In this document: piece by piece, positions 37,705 to 47,811 of the stretch
Numbering within the stretch: the stretch's first letter is position 1
Layout: each line of letters begins with the position of its first letter
Assembly: GCA_049967475.1 (NCBI GenBank)
Contig: JBMFSQ010000002.1
Location: forward strand, 224,001 to 288,000
Direction of reading: 5' to 3'
DNA length: 64,000 nt
Source: Chthonomonadales bacterium
Lineage (GTDB): Bacteria > Armatimonadota > Chthonomonadetes > Chthonomonadales > CAJBBX01
Made by a program: the position numbers and the translations under genes
Notes under the pieces: model-generated
Databases searched by the model: none
What the model saw: only the letters and a program-made list of their open reading frames with translations
What the model was told of the DNA's origin: nothing

Positions 37705-38430
37705 ATGGCCACAAACACCAACCAGGAGCCCGTCCCAATGGCTCCATCCACTGCTTACGGCCGCTTCCTTCGAGAGAAGGGAACGCGCCGCATCGTGGTA
37801 GCTGCCGTTCTCCTCGTCGTGCTCTACTACGCGTACCTTACCATCCATTACAGCCTCATGTCCCGGGTGCACTGGCCGCCGCTCAAGCCCGATTTGGCCG
37901 GCCTTACGGTGGTGGGTCTTCAGGATCAGCCTCGCCCGGGGTGGCGCCCCAAGTACAAAGCCTTCGAAATCAACCACGCATGGCAGATCCGCCGGCCCGA
38001 CGATGAGGAAGACACCGGCGACACATCCCCGGAAGACACAGAAGCGGCCAAAGACCGCGGCAACGATCCCGCAGCAGGACATCAGGTAAACCGTGGCGAA
38101 GCAGTAGACGTGCAAGAGGTGTTGCAGAACTGTCCTGTGGTCCTCACAAGCCGCCACTTCACCCATGCCGAGGTGGAACAGAGGCTGGAAGAACTTTTCG
38201 ATCGCCACTATTGGGTAGTTCACGTATTTCTCACGGACGAAGGGCGGTCGCGGTACGAGCAGTTCTCCCGGGTACATAACAAAGAGAGGCTGGCGTTTAT
38301 CCTGGGAAATGAGGTGATCACCTGTCCCAGGATGGACCATATGGATGTGAGCATGCTCAGCATCGAACCCATCTGGATCCAGGCAGACGCTCAGCGCCTT
38401 GCGGATTTCATCAACCACCACCGCGAGTAG
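37705..38430 (+). CDS. Membrane-anchored protein with a SecDF P1 head-like domain
   Basis: One TM (IVVAAVLLVVLYYAYLTI). C-terminal VVHVFLTDEGRSRYEQFS..ERLAFILGNEVITCPRM resembles the SecD head motif V-x-F-x-x-EG...LAIVLD-x-x-V-x-SAP. Confidence 0.65.
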   Translation: MATNTNQEPVPMAPSTAYGRFLREKGTRRIVVAAVLLVVLYYAYLTIHYSLMSRVHWPPLKPDLAGLTVVGLQDQPRPGWRPKYKAFEINHAWQIRRPDDEEDTGDTSPEDTEAAKDRGNDPAAGHQVNRGEAVDVQEVLQNCPVVLTSRHFTHAEVEQRLEELFDRHYWVVHVFLTDEGRSRYEQFSRVHNKERLAFILGNEVITCPRMDHMDVSMLSIEPIWIQADAQRLADFINHHRE

Positions 38431-38487
38431 CGGTCGGACGCGCCTGCGCCGTCCGTCTGATTTTGCCTGGTTGAAGGAGGCGCGATC

Positions 38488-41346
38488 ATGGGCTACCGGA
38501 ACCTGATCCTCGCTGCTTGCCCGACCCTTGCGGCATTCTGCCTAGCGGCTTCAAGGTGCGCAGCAGGAGCGGCGCCCAAATGGACAGCTCTTGTGTCTGC
38601 GTCCGGCTCCATCACCCTTCGACAAGACCGCCAAACGTTCGCCGTGATGGAACCTGGCCTCTTCGAAGCAGTCTGGCAGGGCGCCACCCTTGAACCGCCC
38701 CGCGTCGGAGTAACCCACCAGGGGGACACCTTCACGGGCGCCATTCGGGCACCGGGCGGCGGGCTGGTAACCACAACGCTCCGCATCCGCAAGGAGCCGG
38801 CCGGCCTCCACCTCGAATACCACCTCGTGCCCCAAACGGCCATTCGGCTCAACAGTCTGCATATCGGCATCGCCATCCCTGTGTCCCACGCAATTGGGGG
38901 CAGCTATGCCGTGGACGGCCAACGGGCAGCCTTCCCCGCACAGTTCACGTCCGTGATGCTCCATTCAGGACCGGCTAAAGTGCTGGAACTGGATTGCCCA
39001 CCGGGCGCGCCCCTCGTCTTCCGCTTCGACACGCCGACACCCGTGCTCGTGCAGGACGACCGCCAGTGGGGTCCTACATTCACCTTGCGCTTCGGCCCGC
39101 AAATGAACGGCGCGGAAGAATGGCCCGCCGGCAAAGATCTGGCCGTGGCGTTGACGCTAACATCTCCGGGAGGCATCGCCATGGAGGAAGACGGCCCGGT
39201 TACCGTCGAAGCGGGCACGGATTGGATCCCGCTGACGGAACAACCCGACGTGCTCGCCGGATCCGCTCTGGATCTGAGCCGGGTGATCCCATGGCACGCT
39301 CCGGCAGGATCGCTTGGCCGGGTACTCGCTTCGGGAAGCCATTTCGTTTTCGCCGACAGGCCCAGCAAACCCGTTCGATTCTATGGGGTAAACCTCACCT
39401 TTGGCTCCCAGTACCTGACCCACGACGAAGCGGACCGCCTGGCCATACGCCTTCGCCGATTAGGCTACAACGCCGTACGCCTCCACCACTATGAAGGGAT
39501 GCTCGTGGACCGCCGCGCGGGACCAGGGGTGCGGCTGGATCCCCAGCAGCTTGACCGCCTGGATTACCTGTTCTACGCTCTCAAGAAGCAGGGCATCTAC
39601 ATCACAACCGACCTGTTCGTGTCTCGCCCTGTAGCCAATAGCGAGATTTGGCTCGGAGCTGAAGGCGATATCGGTATGGATGAGTACAAGATGGCGGTAC
39701 CCGTCAACGATCGCGCCTTTGCCGACTATTGCGCCTTCGCTTCCGCCCTACTGGAGCACCGCAATCCCTATACCGGCACCACATGGGCACAGGACCCCGC
39801 CCTCGCCTGGCTCAGCTTGATTAATGAAGGGAACCCGGGGAACTTCGTCGGGCTCCTCACAGGCAACCTTGGGCGCGATTATGCTCTGGCGTGGAACAAG
39901 TGGCTTCAGGCTCGGTATCCAACCAGAGACGCGCTGGCCAACGCTCTGGGAGCTCAGCCTTCCGATCCCACCGCCCAGCCGGGCCGCGTGCCTATCCCAA
40001 CCCAGCAGGATGCATCGCGGCGATGGGTGCTTTTCAATGTATTCCTCGCCGATAGCCAGCGGAGCTTCTTCCATCGCACACGCGACTTCCTGCGCAATCA
40101 ACTCCATTGCCGGGCACTGCTCACCAATAACAACGCCTGGACGAACCCCCTCCAGATGGAGGCAGTCCGCAGCACCTTCGATTACGTAGACGACCACTTC
40201 TACGTGGATCATCCTCAATTCCTCCAGCAGCCATGGCGCTTGCCGTCTCGGTGCAGCAATGAAAGCCCGGTGTCCGCAGGAGCTCCGGGCGGCACATCCT
40301 GCGCGTTCATACGATTGTTGGACCGGCCCTTCACGTGCACGGAGTTCAACTACGCCGGCCCAAGCCGGTACCGGGGAGTAGGGGGCATTCTTACCGGGGC
40401 TTTGGGGGCTCTGCAAGATTGGGCAGGCATCTGGCGGTTCGACTATGCATCCAACGGAGAAGCCCTCTTCTCACCCCGACCTGCCGGATACTTCGACCTG
40501 GTGACGGATCCGCTGAACCAGGCAGCGGACCGCGCCGCCATCTTTCTTTTCCGGCGTGGTGACCTTCAACAAGCACCCCATTCGATCGGCCTTGCCCTCT
40601 CGTCGGCAGAACTTCTGGGCAACCCCCAGTCGGCCCGCGCCTATGTGCCGGGATGGACTTCCATGGCTTGGATCACGAAGGTGGGCGGGCTGCCCGCGTC
40701 GGGCAATCAGGTCCGCCCCGATGAGGTACTATCCACGAGCGGCGCCAATCCGCCGGCCTATGCTTCCGGGGCCTCCGAGCACCTCCTCCGGGTGTTGCAG
40801 GAACACGGTTGGAGCAAGGAGAGCATCCTGGATTTCCGCGCGAACCGCCTCAGGAGCGAAACGGGGCAGGTGTCCATAGACGCTTCAAGGGACGTGCTCA
40901 CGGTGGACACGCCGCGTACCGAGGGTGGGTTCGCGCCGTCTGGAGGGCGCATCGAGACCGCGCATGCATCCATCACCATCCGCGACACGCCCGCCACCGT
41001 GTGGGTGTCCAGCCTGGATGACCGGCCCATCTCTCGAAGCCGCCGCCTGCTCGTAACCCATCTGACCGATCTCCAGAACACCGGAGCCCGTTTTGCCGAC
41101 AAGGACCGGCGCATCTTGACGGATTGGGGCCGGTTGCCCTATCTGGTGCGCGCCGGCAGGGCCGAGGTGGCTCTGAAGCTCGACGGAGCCGCCGATGCTA
41201 TCGTGTGGGGGCTGGACACGTCCGGGAGGCGTACCGAGCGCGTCCCCGCACGCGTGATTGGAGGCGCTCTTCTCATTCCGCTGAATGTGAATAACAACGG
41301 AAGCGCGCGAATGCTCTACGAAGTCGTTGTTGGTCGCCGCCGTTAG
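38488..41346 (+). CDS. Secreted GH5-like (clan A TIM-barrel) glycoside hydrolase with an N-terminal beta domain
   Basis: Signal peptide; VRFYGVN, GYNAVRLHH, LKKQGIY, HRNPYTG..DPALAW..INE, DDHFYVDHP, CTEFN. Confidence 0.82.
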   Translation: MGYRNLILAACPTLAAFCLAASRCAAGAAPKWTALVSASGSITLRQDRQTFAVMEPGLFEAVWQGATLEPPRVGVTHQGDTFTGAIRAPGGGLVTTTLRIRKEPAGLHLEYHLVPQTAIRLNSLHIGIAIPVSHAIGGSYAVDGQRAAFPAQFTSVMLHSGPAKVLELDCPPGAPLVFRFDTPTPVLVQDDRQWGPTFTLRFGPQMNGAEEWPAGKDLAVALTLTSPGGIAMEEDGPVTVEAGTDWIPLTEQPDVLAGSALDLSRVIPWHAPAGSLGRVLASGSHFVFADRPSKPVRFYGVNLTFGSQYLTHDEADRLAIRLRRLGYNAVRLHHYEGMLVDRRAGPGVRLDPQQLDRLDYLFYALKKQGIYITTDLFVSRPVANSEIWLGAEGDIGMDEYKMAVPVNDRAFADYCAFASALLEHRNPYTGTTWAQDPALAWLSLINEGNPGNFVGLLTGNLGRDYALAWNKWLQARYPTRDALANALGAQPSDPTAQPGRVPIPTQQDASRRWVLFNVFLADSQRSFFHRTRDFLRNQLHCRALLTNNNAWTNPLQMEAVRSTFDYVDDHFYVDHPQFLQQPWRLPSRCSNESPVSAGAPGGTSCAFIRLLDRPFTCTEFNYAGPSRYRGVGGILTGALGALQDWAGIWRFDYASNGEALFSPRPAGYFDLVTDPLNQAADRAAIFLFRRGDLQQAPHSIGLALSSAELLGNPQSARAYVPGWTSMAWITKVGGLPASGNQVRPDEVLSTSGANPPAYASGASEHLLRVLQEHGWSKESILDFRANRLRSETGQVSIDASRDVLTVDTPRTEGGFAPSGGRIETAHASITIRDTPATVWVSSLDDRPISRSRRLLVTHLTDLQNTGARFADKDRRILTDWGRLPYLVRAGRAEVALKLDGAADAIVWGLDTSGRRTERVPARVIGGALLIPLNVNNNGSARMLYEVVVGRRR

Positions 41347-42287
41347 GGATTGCCGGCGCCGCCATCCCCCGGCAATTGATCCAGGGTCGCGTCTGCTCCC
41401 TGGCCTTGGCCCGCGTCGGCAGCCTCGTTGTAATCCTCCTGGAGGGTTGCGACGCTGCAGCCGGAGCAATTCTCGCACCGGGATGTACGCTCGCGCCGAA
41501 TGTCGGATGCAGGAAATACCAACTGCACCTGCGTGTCGTGCATCAACACCATCACATCTTCCCGGATGATGTTGAGGTCCACCACTCTGCCTTGGCCCTT
41601 CGGCGTCATCACAAGGTCCCCGATGGCAGGAAGCTTCTGCTTGGCTTCCACATAGGTGTCATGTTCGTACTTCAGGCAGCACATGAGCTTGCCGCATACT
41701 CCGGAGAACTTCACCGGGTTGAGGAAGAGGCTCTGGTCCTTCGCCATCTTCATAGACACGGGTGCGAACTCGGTGAGGAACGTAGCGCAGCAGAGGGTAA
41801 GGCCGCAAGGGCCCACCCCTCCGATCATCTTGGCCTGGTCCCGGGAACCCACCTGGTGGAGCATCACCCTGCAGCGCAATAGGCCCGCCAGATCTTTCAC
41901 TAACTCTCGAAAGTCCACGCGGTTCTCCGCGGCAAAGTAGATGGTTACCTGGCTGGCATCGAAGGTGTACTCAGCCTGAAGAAGCTTCATCGGGAGATTG
42001 TGGTGGCGCACGCGATCGGCGGTTACCGCCAGCGCGCGTTGAGCCAAGGCTCTGTTGCGCTCCTCTTGCTGTAAATCGGCCTCGTCCGCCTTGCGCAGAA
42101 CGCGCTTCAGGGGCGCCTGGAGTTCTTCCTCACCGATCACACGGGGCGCCACGCGCACGGTACCGATCTCGATGCCCCGTGCCGTCTCCACGATCACGCG
42201 ATCCATCTCGGCGAGGTCCAGGTTGTTCGGGTCAAACCAATAAGATTTGGCCACGCGCTTGAAGGCCACTCCTACTACGTTGGGCAT
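41343..42287 (-). CDS. ricT: PSP1-domain protein (YaaT/RicT family)
   Basis: RVDFRELVKDL, GGVGPCG..LCC..FL, MAKDQ, GVCGKLMCCLKYE. Confidence 0.93.
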   Translation of the reverse strand: MPNVVGVAFKRVAKSYWFDPNNLDLAEMDRVIVETARGIEIGTVRVAPRVIGEEELQAPLKRVLRKADEADLQQEERNRALAQRALAVTADRVRHHNLPMKLLQAEYTFDASQVTIYFAAENRVDFRELVKDLAGLLRCRVMLHQVGSRDQAKMIGGVGPCGLTLCCATFLTEFAPVSMKMAKDQSLFLNPVKFSGVCGKLMCCLKYEHDTYVEAKQKLPAIGDLVMTPKGQGRVVDLNIIREDVMVLMHDTQVQLVFPASDIRRERTSRCENCSGCSVATLQEDYNEAADAGQGQGADATLDQLPGDGGAGNP

Positions 42288-42352
42288 GGACTTTCCTCAA
42301 TGGTTGCAGCCCGTTCATGGGGACACATCTCCGGCAGGCTGCGGTACGAGGC

Positions 42353-42382
42353 AGTATATCCATGGGCGGCACCCGAGGTCAA
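42353..42382 (-). promoter_or_regulatory. Probable sigma70 promoter for ricT
   Basis: Minus strand: TTGACC (42382-42377), 18 bp, TATACT (42358-42353). Confidence 0.55.
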
Positions 42383-42409
42383 GGGGCCCAATAGCGCTCC
42401 CAGCCGCGG

Positions 42410-43417
42410 CTAAACTTCCGGTTTGGCGGGCCGCATCATGAGCGCGCGGAGCGTTCGGTGGACCGATGCACCTTCGAAAAGGATAGAATACAGCGCCTCG
42501 GAGATGGGCATCTCTACATTAGCCTGACGCGCCAGGCAACAGATGGCCCGCGTGGTCGGCACGCCTTCGGCGACCTGACCCAGTTCTTGAAGGATTTCCT
42601 GAAGCTGCTTCCCCTGGCCCAGACCAATGCCCACACGGTAGTTCCTGGATAGGCGGCTGCCGCCTGTAGCAATCAGGTCGCCTACACCGGCAAGACCGAG
42701 GAATGTAGTAGGCCGCGCGCCGAGGGCGACACCCAGGCGAGTGATCTCCGCCAATCCCCGCGTCATGAAGGCGGCCCGACTGTTGTCCCCAAAACCGATC
42801 CCCTCGCAGATGCCGGCCCCGATGGCGATGACGTTCTTCATGGCGCCGGCCAGTTCCACGCCAACGAGATCATCGCTTGTGTAGACGCGGAAGGTTGGAC
42901 CCATCCAAAGCAATTGGCAGGCCTGGGCCGTCTCCTCGTTGCGCGCGGCCGCAACACTGGCCGTTGGCACACCCTGGGCAACTTCGACAGCCAAATTCGG
43001 GCCCGAAAGAGCAGCGATGCGTTCGTCGGCACCTCCCAAGCCCTCCTCGATCACCTGGGACATGCGCAACCCGGTCTCCTCCTCCAAGCCCTTGGAGGCA
43101 TTCACCAGCAGGCGTGCATTCCCCAATAGAGGCCCGGCAAGTTGGGCTACTTCGCGCATCGCCCCAGAGGGCACGGCAAACACTACGCACTCGGCGCCGT
43201 CAAGAGCCTCGTGCATGACGGGCGTGGCGCGCACGTTGGCACTCAGGCGGATGCCGGGCAGATAGCGCCGGTTCTCGCTCTGCGCGTTGATGGCCTCAGC
43301 CAGGCCGGGCGTCCGGGCCCACAACACCACGTCTGCCCCATCTCCAATGAGCGTGGCCAGAGCAGTGCCCCAGCTTCCCGCTCCCAGTATGCAAATCTTC
43401 CGTGCTTTCCTCTCCAT
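42410..43417 (-). CDS. gpsA: NAD(P)H-dependent glycerol-3-phosphate dehydrogenase
   Basis: GAGSWGTALA, SKGLE, LSGPNLA, KNVIAIGAG, GLAGVGDL, SRN, AEGV. Confidence 0.97.
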   Translation of the reverse strand: MERKARKICILGAGSWGTALATLIGDGADVVLWARTPGLAEAINAQSENRRYLPGIRLSANVRATPVMHEALDGAECVVFAVPSGAMREVAQLAGPLLGNARLLVNASKGLEEETGLRMSQVIEEGLGGADERIAALSGPNLAVEVAQGVPTASVAAARNEETAQACQLLWMGPTFRVYTSDDLVGVELAGAMKNVIAIGAGICEGIGFGDNSRAAFMTRGLAEITRLGVALGARPTTFLGLAGVGDLIATGGSRLSRNYRVGIGLGQGKQLQEILQELGQVAEGVPTTRAICCLARQANVEMPISEALYSILFEGASVHRTLRALMMRPAKPEV

Positions 43418-43478
43418 CTAGAGCGGCCGCAGCAGGAAGGCTGCAGAGGCGTTGCCCCAAGAGGAGCGGTGAGTTCGG

Positions 43479-44537
43479 CTAGACGTCTGCAGCATAGGTG
43501 TACTCTCGGGCGTGGGCTTCCTCGAGGTATCGGGCCAAAAGCCGGATGCACGCCTCGATATCCGCCTTGGCGGCCATCTCGTTTACGGTATGGACGTAGC
43601 GCGTGGGGATGGAGAGCGTAAAGCTTGGAACGCCATTCCGGGCGCGCTGGATGGCCCCGGCATCGGTCCCGCCCCGAGTAAGGATCTCGAGCTGGTATGG
43701 GATAGAATACTTCTCGGCAACGTCACGGAAGTGGCGAACGAGTTTCGGATGGCAGATGAGAGAACTGTCCATCACCTTGATGGCTGCGCCGCCTCCCAGG
43801 CGTGTGATGCGCTCGGCTTCATCGGCCCCTGCGTAATCATTGGCAAGCGTTACGTCTACCGCAATGCCGATGTCGGGTTCGAGAGCGTAGGCCGAAGTCA
43901 ACGCGCCGCGCAGTCCCACTTCCTCCTGCGTCGTAGCGACGGCTACGATCTCGCATTCGTGGTGCTTCACTTCACGCAGTGCCTCGATCATGACGAAGAC
44001 GCTCACCCGGTCATCCAAAGTCTTGCTCAGAACGGCGTCTCCCACTTCTTCCGTGGTGCGCGCCATAGTCACCGGGTCCCCGATCTCCACCAACTCGCGC
44101 ACCCGCTCCGAAGGAAGACCCAGGTCTACGAAGAACTCCTCAACTGTGGGCTGCTTGCGCCGCTCCTCCTCTGTGAGAAGATGGATGGGCTTGGCAGCCG
44201 GCATCAAGGCACCCAAAAGCGTCGTTCCCTTGTGACCATGTACGTAAACACGCTGGGCGAAAAGCACGCGCGCATCCCATCCGCCCACGGGTTGAAGGCG
44301 CAGGAACCCTTTGTCGTCTATGTGCCGCACAAGGAAGCCGATCTCATCCATGTGGGCTGCAATCATCACCCGGGGTCCGCTGCAGCCGTGCTTGCGGGCG
44401 ATCACGTTGCCCATCGCATCCGATGTAACCTCGTCGGCTACAGTCTTCAGCTCCGTGGCAACCAGTTGGCGGATGGCTTCCTCCCGTCCGGACACTCCCG
44501 GGGTCTCACAGAGGCGTTTCAAAAGCGTGAAATTCAA
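43479..44537 (-). CDS. M42-family aminopeptidase
   Basis: PGVSGRE, AAHMDEIG, LDDR, QEEVGLRGA, GGTDAG, RYVH. TTG start at 44537 after AAGGAGG. Confidence 0.93.
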   Translation of the reverse strand: MNFTLLKRLCETPGVSGREEAIRQLVATELKTVADEVTSDAMGNVIARKHGCSGPRVMIAAHMDEIGFLVRHIDDKGFLRLQPVGGWDARVLFAQRVYVHGHKGTTLLGALMPAAKPIHLLTEEERRKQPTVEEFFVDLGLPSERVRELVEIGDPVTMARTTEEVGDAVLSKTLDDRVSVFVMIEALREVKHHECEIVAVATTQEEVGLRGALTSAYALEPDIGIAVDVTLANDYAGADEAERITRLGGGAAIKVMDSSLICHPKLVRHFRDVAEKYSIPYQLEILTRGGTDAGAIQRARNGVPSFTLSIPTRYVHTVNEMAAKADIEACIRLLARYLEEAHAREYTYAADV

Positions 44538-44627
44538 CCCTTTCCTCCTTGTTAACGCCGCGCTAAGTTGCGGAGCAGTTCTGATGAAGCTAAGGGCCGG
44601 CTGCGCAAAGGTCTGCGGCCCAGGCAT

Positions 44628-45839
44628 TCAGTCCTTGACGGTCGCAGCGATAGCCGAACAAATATAATCCATGTTCCCCTCGTTCATCGCCGCTACACAG
44701 ATGCGCCCGCTCTCCACGACATAGAGGCTGTAGTCCCGGCGCAAACGCCGCACTTCCTCAACGGTGAGGCCGGTGAAAGAAAACATCCCCTTCTGCCGGG
44801 TGATGAAGCTAAAGTCGCGCTTGACGCCCATCTGCGTGAGCTTATGATGAAAGAGGGTCCGCATCCCCCAGATGCGCCGGCGCATGGCACCCACCTCCTG
44901 CTCCCACTCCGCACGCAGAGCATCATCACCCAGAATGAGGTTCACCACTTGGGCCCCATGCGATATGGCGTTGGAAAAGTTCGTGCGGATCACGCGTTTG
45001 AGCTGGCTCAGCACGCGCGATGCCTCATCGGCAGAAGCGGTAAGGACCGTCAGCGCCCCCACACGCTCGCGATAAATGGAGAAGCATTTGGAGTACGAAT
45101 TGGCGATGAGGCACCCCACCCCCGCTTCAGCGAAGGTCCGTACCGCGAAGGCATCCTCCTCCAAGCCGTCGCCGAAGCCCTGATAGGCAAAATCAATGAA
45201 GGGGATAAGCCCGCCTTGCGCGCAGACCTCCACAATCCGGTGCCATTGTTCCCGTGTAGGATCCACCCCTGTTGGGTTGTGGCAGCAGGCGTGCAGAACC
45301 ACGATCGAGCGAGGAGGCAAAGTCCGGAGGGCCGCGATCATGCCGTCAAAATCCAAGCTGTGCGAGGCGCTGTCGAAATAGGGATAGGTGTTGACCTGGA
45401 ACCCGGCCGCTTCAAAAAGCGCCTTGTGGTTTTCCCAACTGGGTGCACTGATCCACACCTGGGCATCCGGAAAGGATCGCCGCAGAAAGTCTGCACCCAC
45501 CTTCAGTGCGCCGGTACCGCCGGGCGCCTGCACGGTGATTGCCCGGCCTTCCGCCACAGCGGGCGAACCTGACCCCAATACCAGGGATTGCGTGCGCTGG
45601 AGGAAGCTGGGAATGCCCTCGATGGGAAGATAGGTCTTCGTGTCCTCCAGGGCGAGCCACCGCTCCTCGGCCTTCCGCACAGACTTGAGCAGCGGCACCC
45701 GCCCCTCGCCATCCTTGTAGACGCCGACTGCCAAATTGACTTTCTTGGGATTGGCATCGGCATTGAAGGCTTCGTTCAGGCCGAGGATGGGGTCGGGCGG
45801 AGCTTGAGGAATGGAGGCAAAAGGCGATGATAGGGACAT
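44628..45839 (-). CDS. Aspartate/aromatic amino-acid aminotransferase (AspC/TyrB type)
   Basis: PPDPILGL, KVNLAVGVY, GGTGAL, LHACCHNPTG, DFAYQGF, PLP lysine in SYSK, GMFS, SGRI. Confidence 0.95.
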   Translation of the reverse strand: MSLSSPFASIPQAPPDPILGLNEAFNADANPKKVNLAVGVYKDGEGRVPLLKSVRKAEERWLALEDTKTYLPIEGIPSFLQRTQSLVLGSGSPAVAEGRAITVQAPGGTGALKVGADFLRRSFPDAQVWISAPSWENHKALFEAAGFQVNTYPYFDSASHSLDFDGMIAALRTLPPRSIVVLHACCHNPTGVDPTREQWHRIVEVCAQGGLIPFIDFAYQGFGDGLEEDAFAVRTFAEAGVGCLIANSYSKCFSIYRERVGALTVLTASADEASRVLSQLKRVIRTNFSNAISHGAQVVNLILGDDALRAEWEQEVGAMRRRIWGMRTLFHHKLTQMGVKRDFSFITRQKGMFSFTGLTVEEVRRLRRDYSLYVVESGRICVAAMNEGNMDYICSAIAATVKD

Positions 45840-45891
45840 GGACACACCTCAGTGTTGGTTGGCAATTGCGATTGCTGCGCGGCGTGGTATC

Positions 45892-45920
45892 AGTATAGCC
45901 CCAGGCATGGCCGTATTCAA
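45892..45920 (-). promoter_or_regulatory. Probable sigma70 promoter for the aminotransferase-M42-gpsA run
   Basis: Minus strand: TTGAAT (45920-45915), 17 bp, TATACT (45897-45892). Confidence 0.6.
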
Positions 45921-45992
45921 CCGTGCGTCCATTGAGATTGCACACGAAGCCGCCCTCGCCTCCGGTCCCAGCGGCCTCACTCCGGGCGGACG

Positions 45993-46679
45993 TCACGGAT
46001 GTACGGGACCCGTATGGGCGGCGCGATCGGGCGTAGGCGGGGCATGGTCAACGGCGCCTGCAGGGCGGTCCGGCTCTCGAAATGCCTGGAGATTACTGCT
46101 GGAGAGCGGCGGGCCGGGCCACGGCAGGACACTGTGGAGGAACAAGGCGCGGCGAGCCAGTACACTGCGCCGATAAGCCTCCATGCGTTCCTGCCACTCC
46201 TTCTGACCTAGGCGATCATCGAACAGCACCCGCACGCGTGTCGTTCCAGGCTCGGCCCGCAGTTCCCCGATTTTGCGCATGGGAGCCGTGATGTAGGTTT
46301 CGTAGATGTCCACATCGTAATCCACGCGGAACAAATCGCGAGCCTCCTCACGGGCAGCAAGAGCTACGCGGGCCATATCCCATCTGGGAATAAGGGGCGC
46401 AAACATGGCCTTCATTTTGTGGTCCGACACGAACTTCAGCCCCACAGCATGTTCATGATTTCGGAAACGCTGTTGGAAGAGGCGTGCGAAGGAAATGTGG
46501 CGTGCATCGGAATAGACGCCCGTGCCCCTGCCTAATCTCCGGGCGATCTCACCATGGGAAGGCGTCCAGTCGCGGAAATCCCCCAGTGCGTCCGCATTGT
46601 CCTGCCTTGGGAAAAGCAGGTACAGGAGGGGAAGCACTGCGATGATGCCCACCAGGGGAATAATCTGCCGCCAGCGCAT
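45993..46679 (-). CDS. Hypothetical protein with an N-terminal membrane anchor
   Basis: GGAGG RBS before ATG 46679; hydrophobic IIPLVGIIAVLPLLYLLF. Own promoter TTGACA (46759-46754), 17 bp, TG-n-TACTGT (46736-46731). Confidence 0.75.
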   Translation of the reverse strand: MRWRQIIPLVGIIAVLPLLYLLFPRQDNADALGDFRDWTPSHGEIARRLGRGTGVYSDARHISFARLFQQRFRNHEHAVGLKFVSDHKMKAMFAPLIPRWDMARVALAAREEARDLFRVDYDVDIYETYITAPMRKIGELRAEPGTTRVRVLFDDRLGQKEWQERMEAYRRSVLARRALFLHSVLPWPGPPLSSSNLQAFREPDRPAGAVDHAPPTPDRAAHTGPVHP

Positions 46680-46818
46680 GGCGTGCCCTCCAGACAGGTG
46701 CCGGCCCGGAACCGCTTCCGACACCCTTCAACAGTACCATGCGCCACCGCCGTTGTCAATCGCCGGTCCGGCTTTTATAAGGCTTCTTCTTAAACAAAGC
46801 CGCACAACGGACGGCGGG

Positions 46819-47796
46819 CTATCCGGAACGCAAAGCGCGGACGTATTCCAAGGCATGGTACGTGATGATGATGTCGGCACCGGCCCGTTTGATGGCATGA
46901 AGCACTTCGGCTACGGCCCGTTGCTCATCAATCCAGCCGCGGGCAGAAGCAGCCTTCAGCATAGAAAACTCCCCGCTCACATTGTAGGCCGCAAGCGGAG
47001 CATCGAAGACCTCACGAACCAAGCGGATTACATCCAAGTAGGGCAGGGCGGGCTTTACCATCACAATGTCGGCGCCCTCTTCCAAATCCAAGGCGATCTC
47101 GCGCAGAGCCTCGCGGGCGTTGGCAGGATCCATCTGGTATCCCCGCCGGTCTCCGAATTGCGGGGTAGAACCCGCCGCTTCGCGGAAGGGCCCGTAAAAG
47201 GCGCTTGCGTATTTTGCGGAATAGGCCATGATGGCACAATCCGTAAATCCGGCGTCGTCCAGAGCCGAGCGGATAGCGCCCACGCGACCATCCATCATGT
47301 CCGAAGGCGCTACGATGTCGGCCCCGGCTGCGGCGTACACGACCGCGCACTTCTGCAGGAGCTCCACGGTTGCATCGTTGTCTACGCGCCCTTGCCGAAC
47401 GATGCCGCAGTGCCCATGTGAGGTGTATTCGCAAAGGCATACGTCTGCTATCAAAAGAAGAGCCTCGCCCAACTCGGACCGCAGCCTGCGAAGGGCTCGG
47501 GGGATGATGCCCTCCTCCGCATAGGCTTCGCTGCCCACCTCATCCTTCTCTGCCGGGATGCCGAACAATAAGATGCCGGGAATGCCTGCTTCTACCGCGG
47601 CTGTAGCCTCCTTGCATAGATCGTCCAGGCCGAGACGCCGGATGCCGGGCATCGCGGCGATGGGCTCAGACGGTCCATGCGTTACGAACATAGGATAAAT
47701 TAGATCGTCCTGCGTCACATGGGTCTCGCGCACGAGGCGCCGCATCGCAGCGGAGCGGCGCAAACGGCGCGGGCGATGAACGAGCCTCACGCTCAT
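46819..47796 (-). CDS. hemB: Porphobilinogen synthase (Zn-type)
   Basis: RPRRLR, DVCLCEYTSHGHCG, APSDMMDGR, YSAKYASAFYGPFR, MVKPAL, YNVSGE. Confidence 0.98.
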   Translation of the reverse strand: MSVRLVHRPRRLRRSAAMRRLVRETHVTQDDLIYPMFVTHGPSEPIAAMPGIRRLGLDDLCKEATAAVEAGIPGILLFGIPAEKDEVGSEAYAEEGIIPRALRRLRSELGEALLLIADVCLCEYTSHGHCGIVRQGRVDNDATVELLQKCAVVYAAAGADIVAPSDMMDGRVGAIRSALDDAGFTDCAIMAYSAKYASAFYGPFREAAGSTPQFGDRRGYQMDPANAREALREIALDLEEGADIVMVKPALPYLDVIRLVREVFDAPLAAYNVSGEFSMLKAASARGWIDEQRAVAEVLHAIKRAGADIIITYHALEYVRALRSG

Positions 47797-47811
47797 GGTT
47801 GCCCTCCCCTT

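Noticed and set aside
37197..38006. 269-aa and other ORFs spanning the gap after glmS
   Set aside because: Arg/Ala/Pro-rich composition typical of non-coding high-GC frames, no RBS, and overlap with the better-supported 37705 gene.
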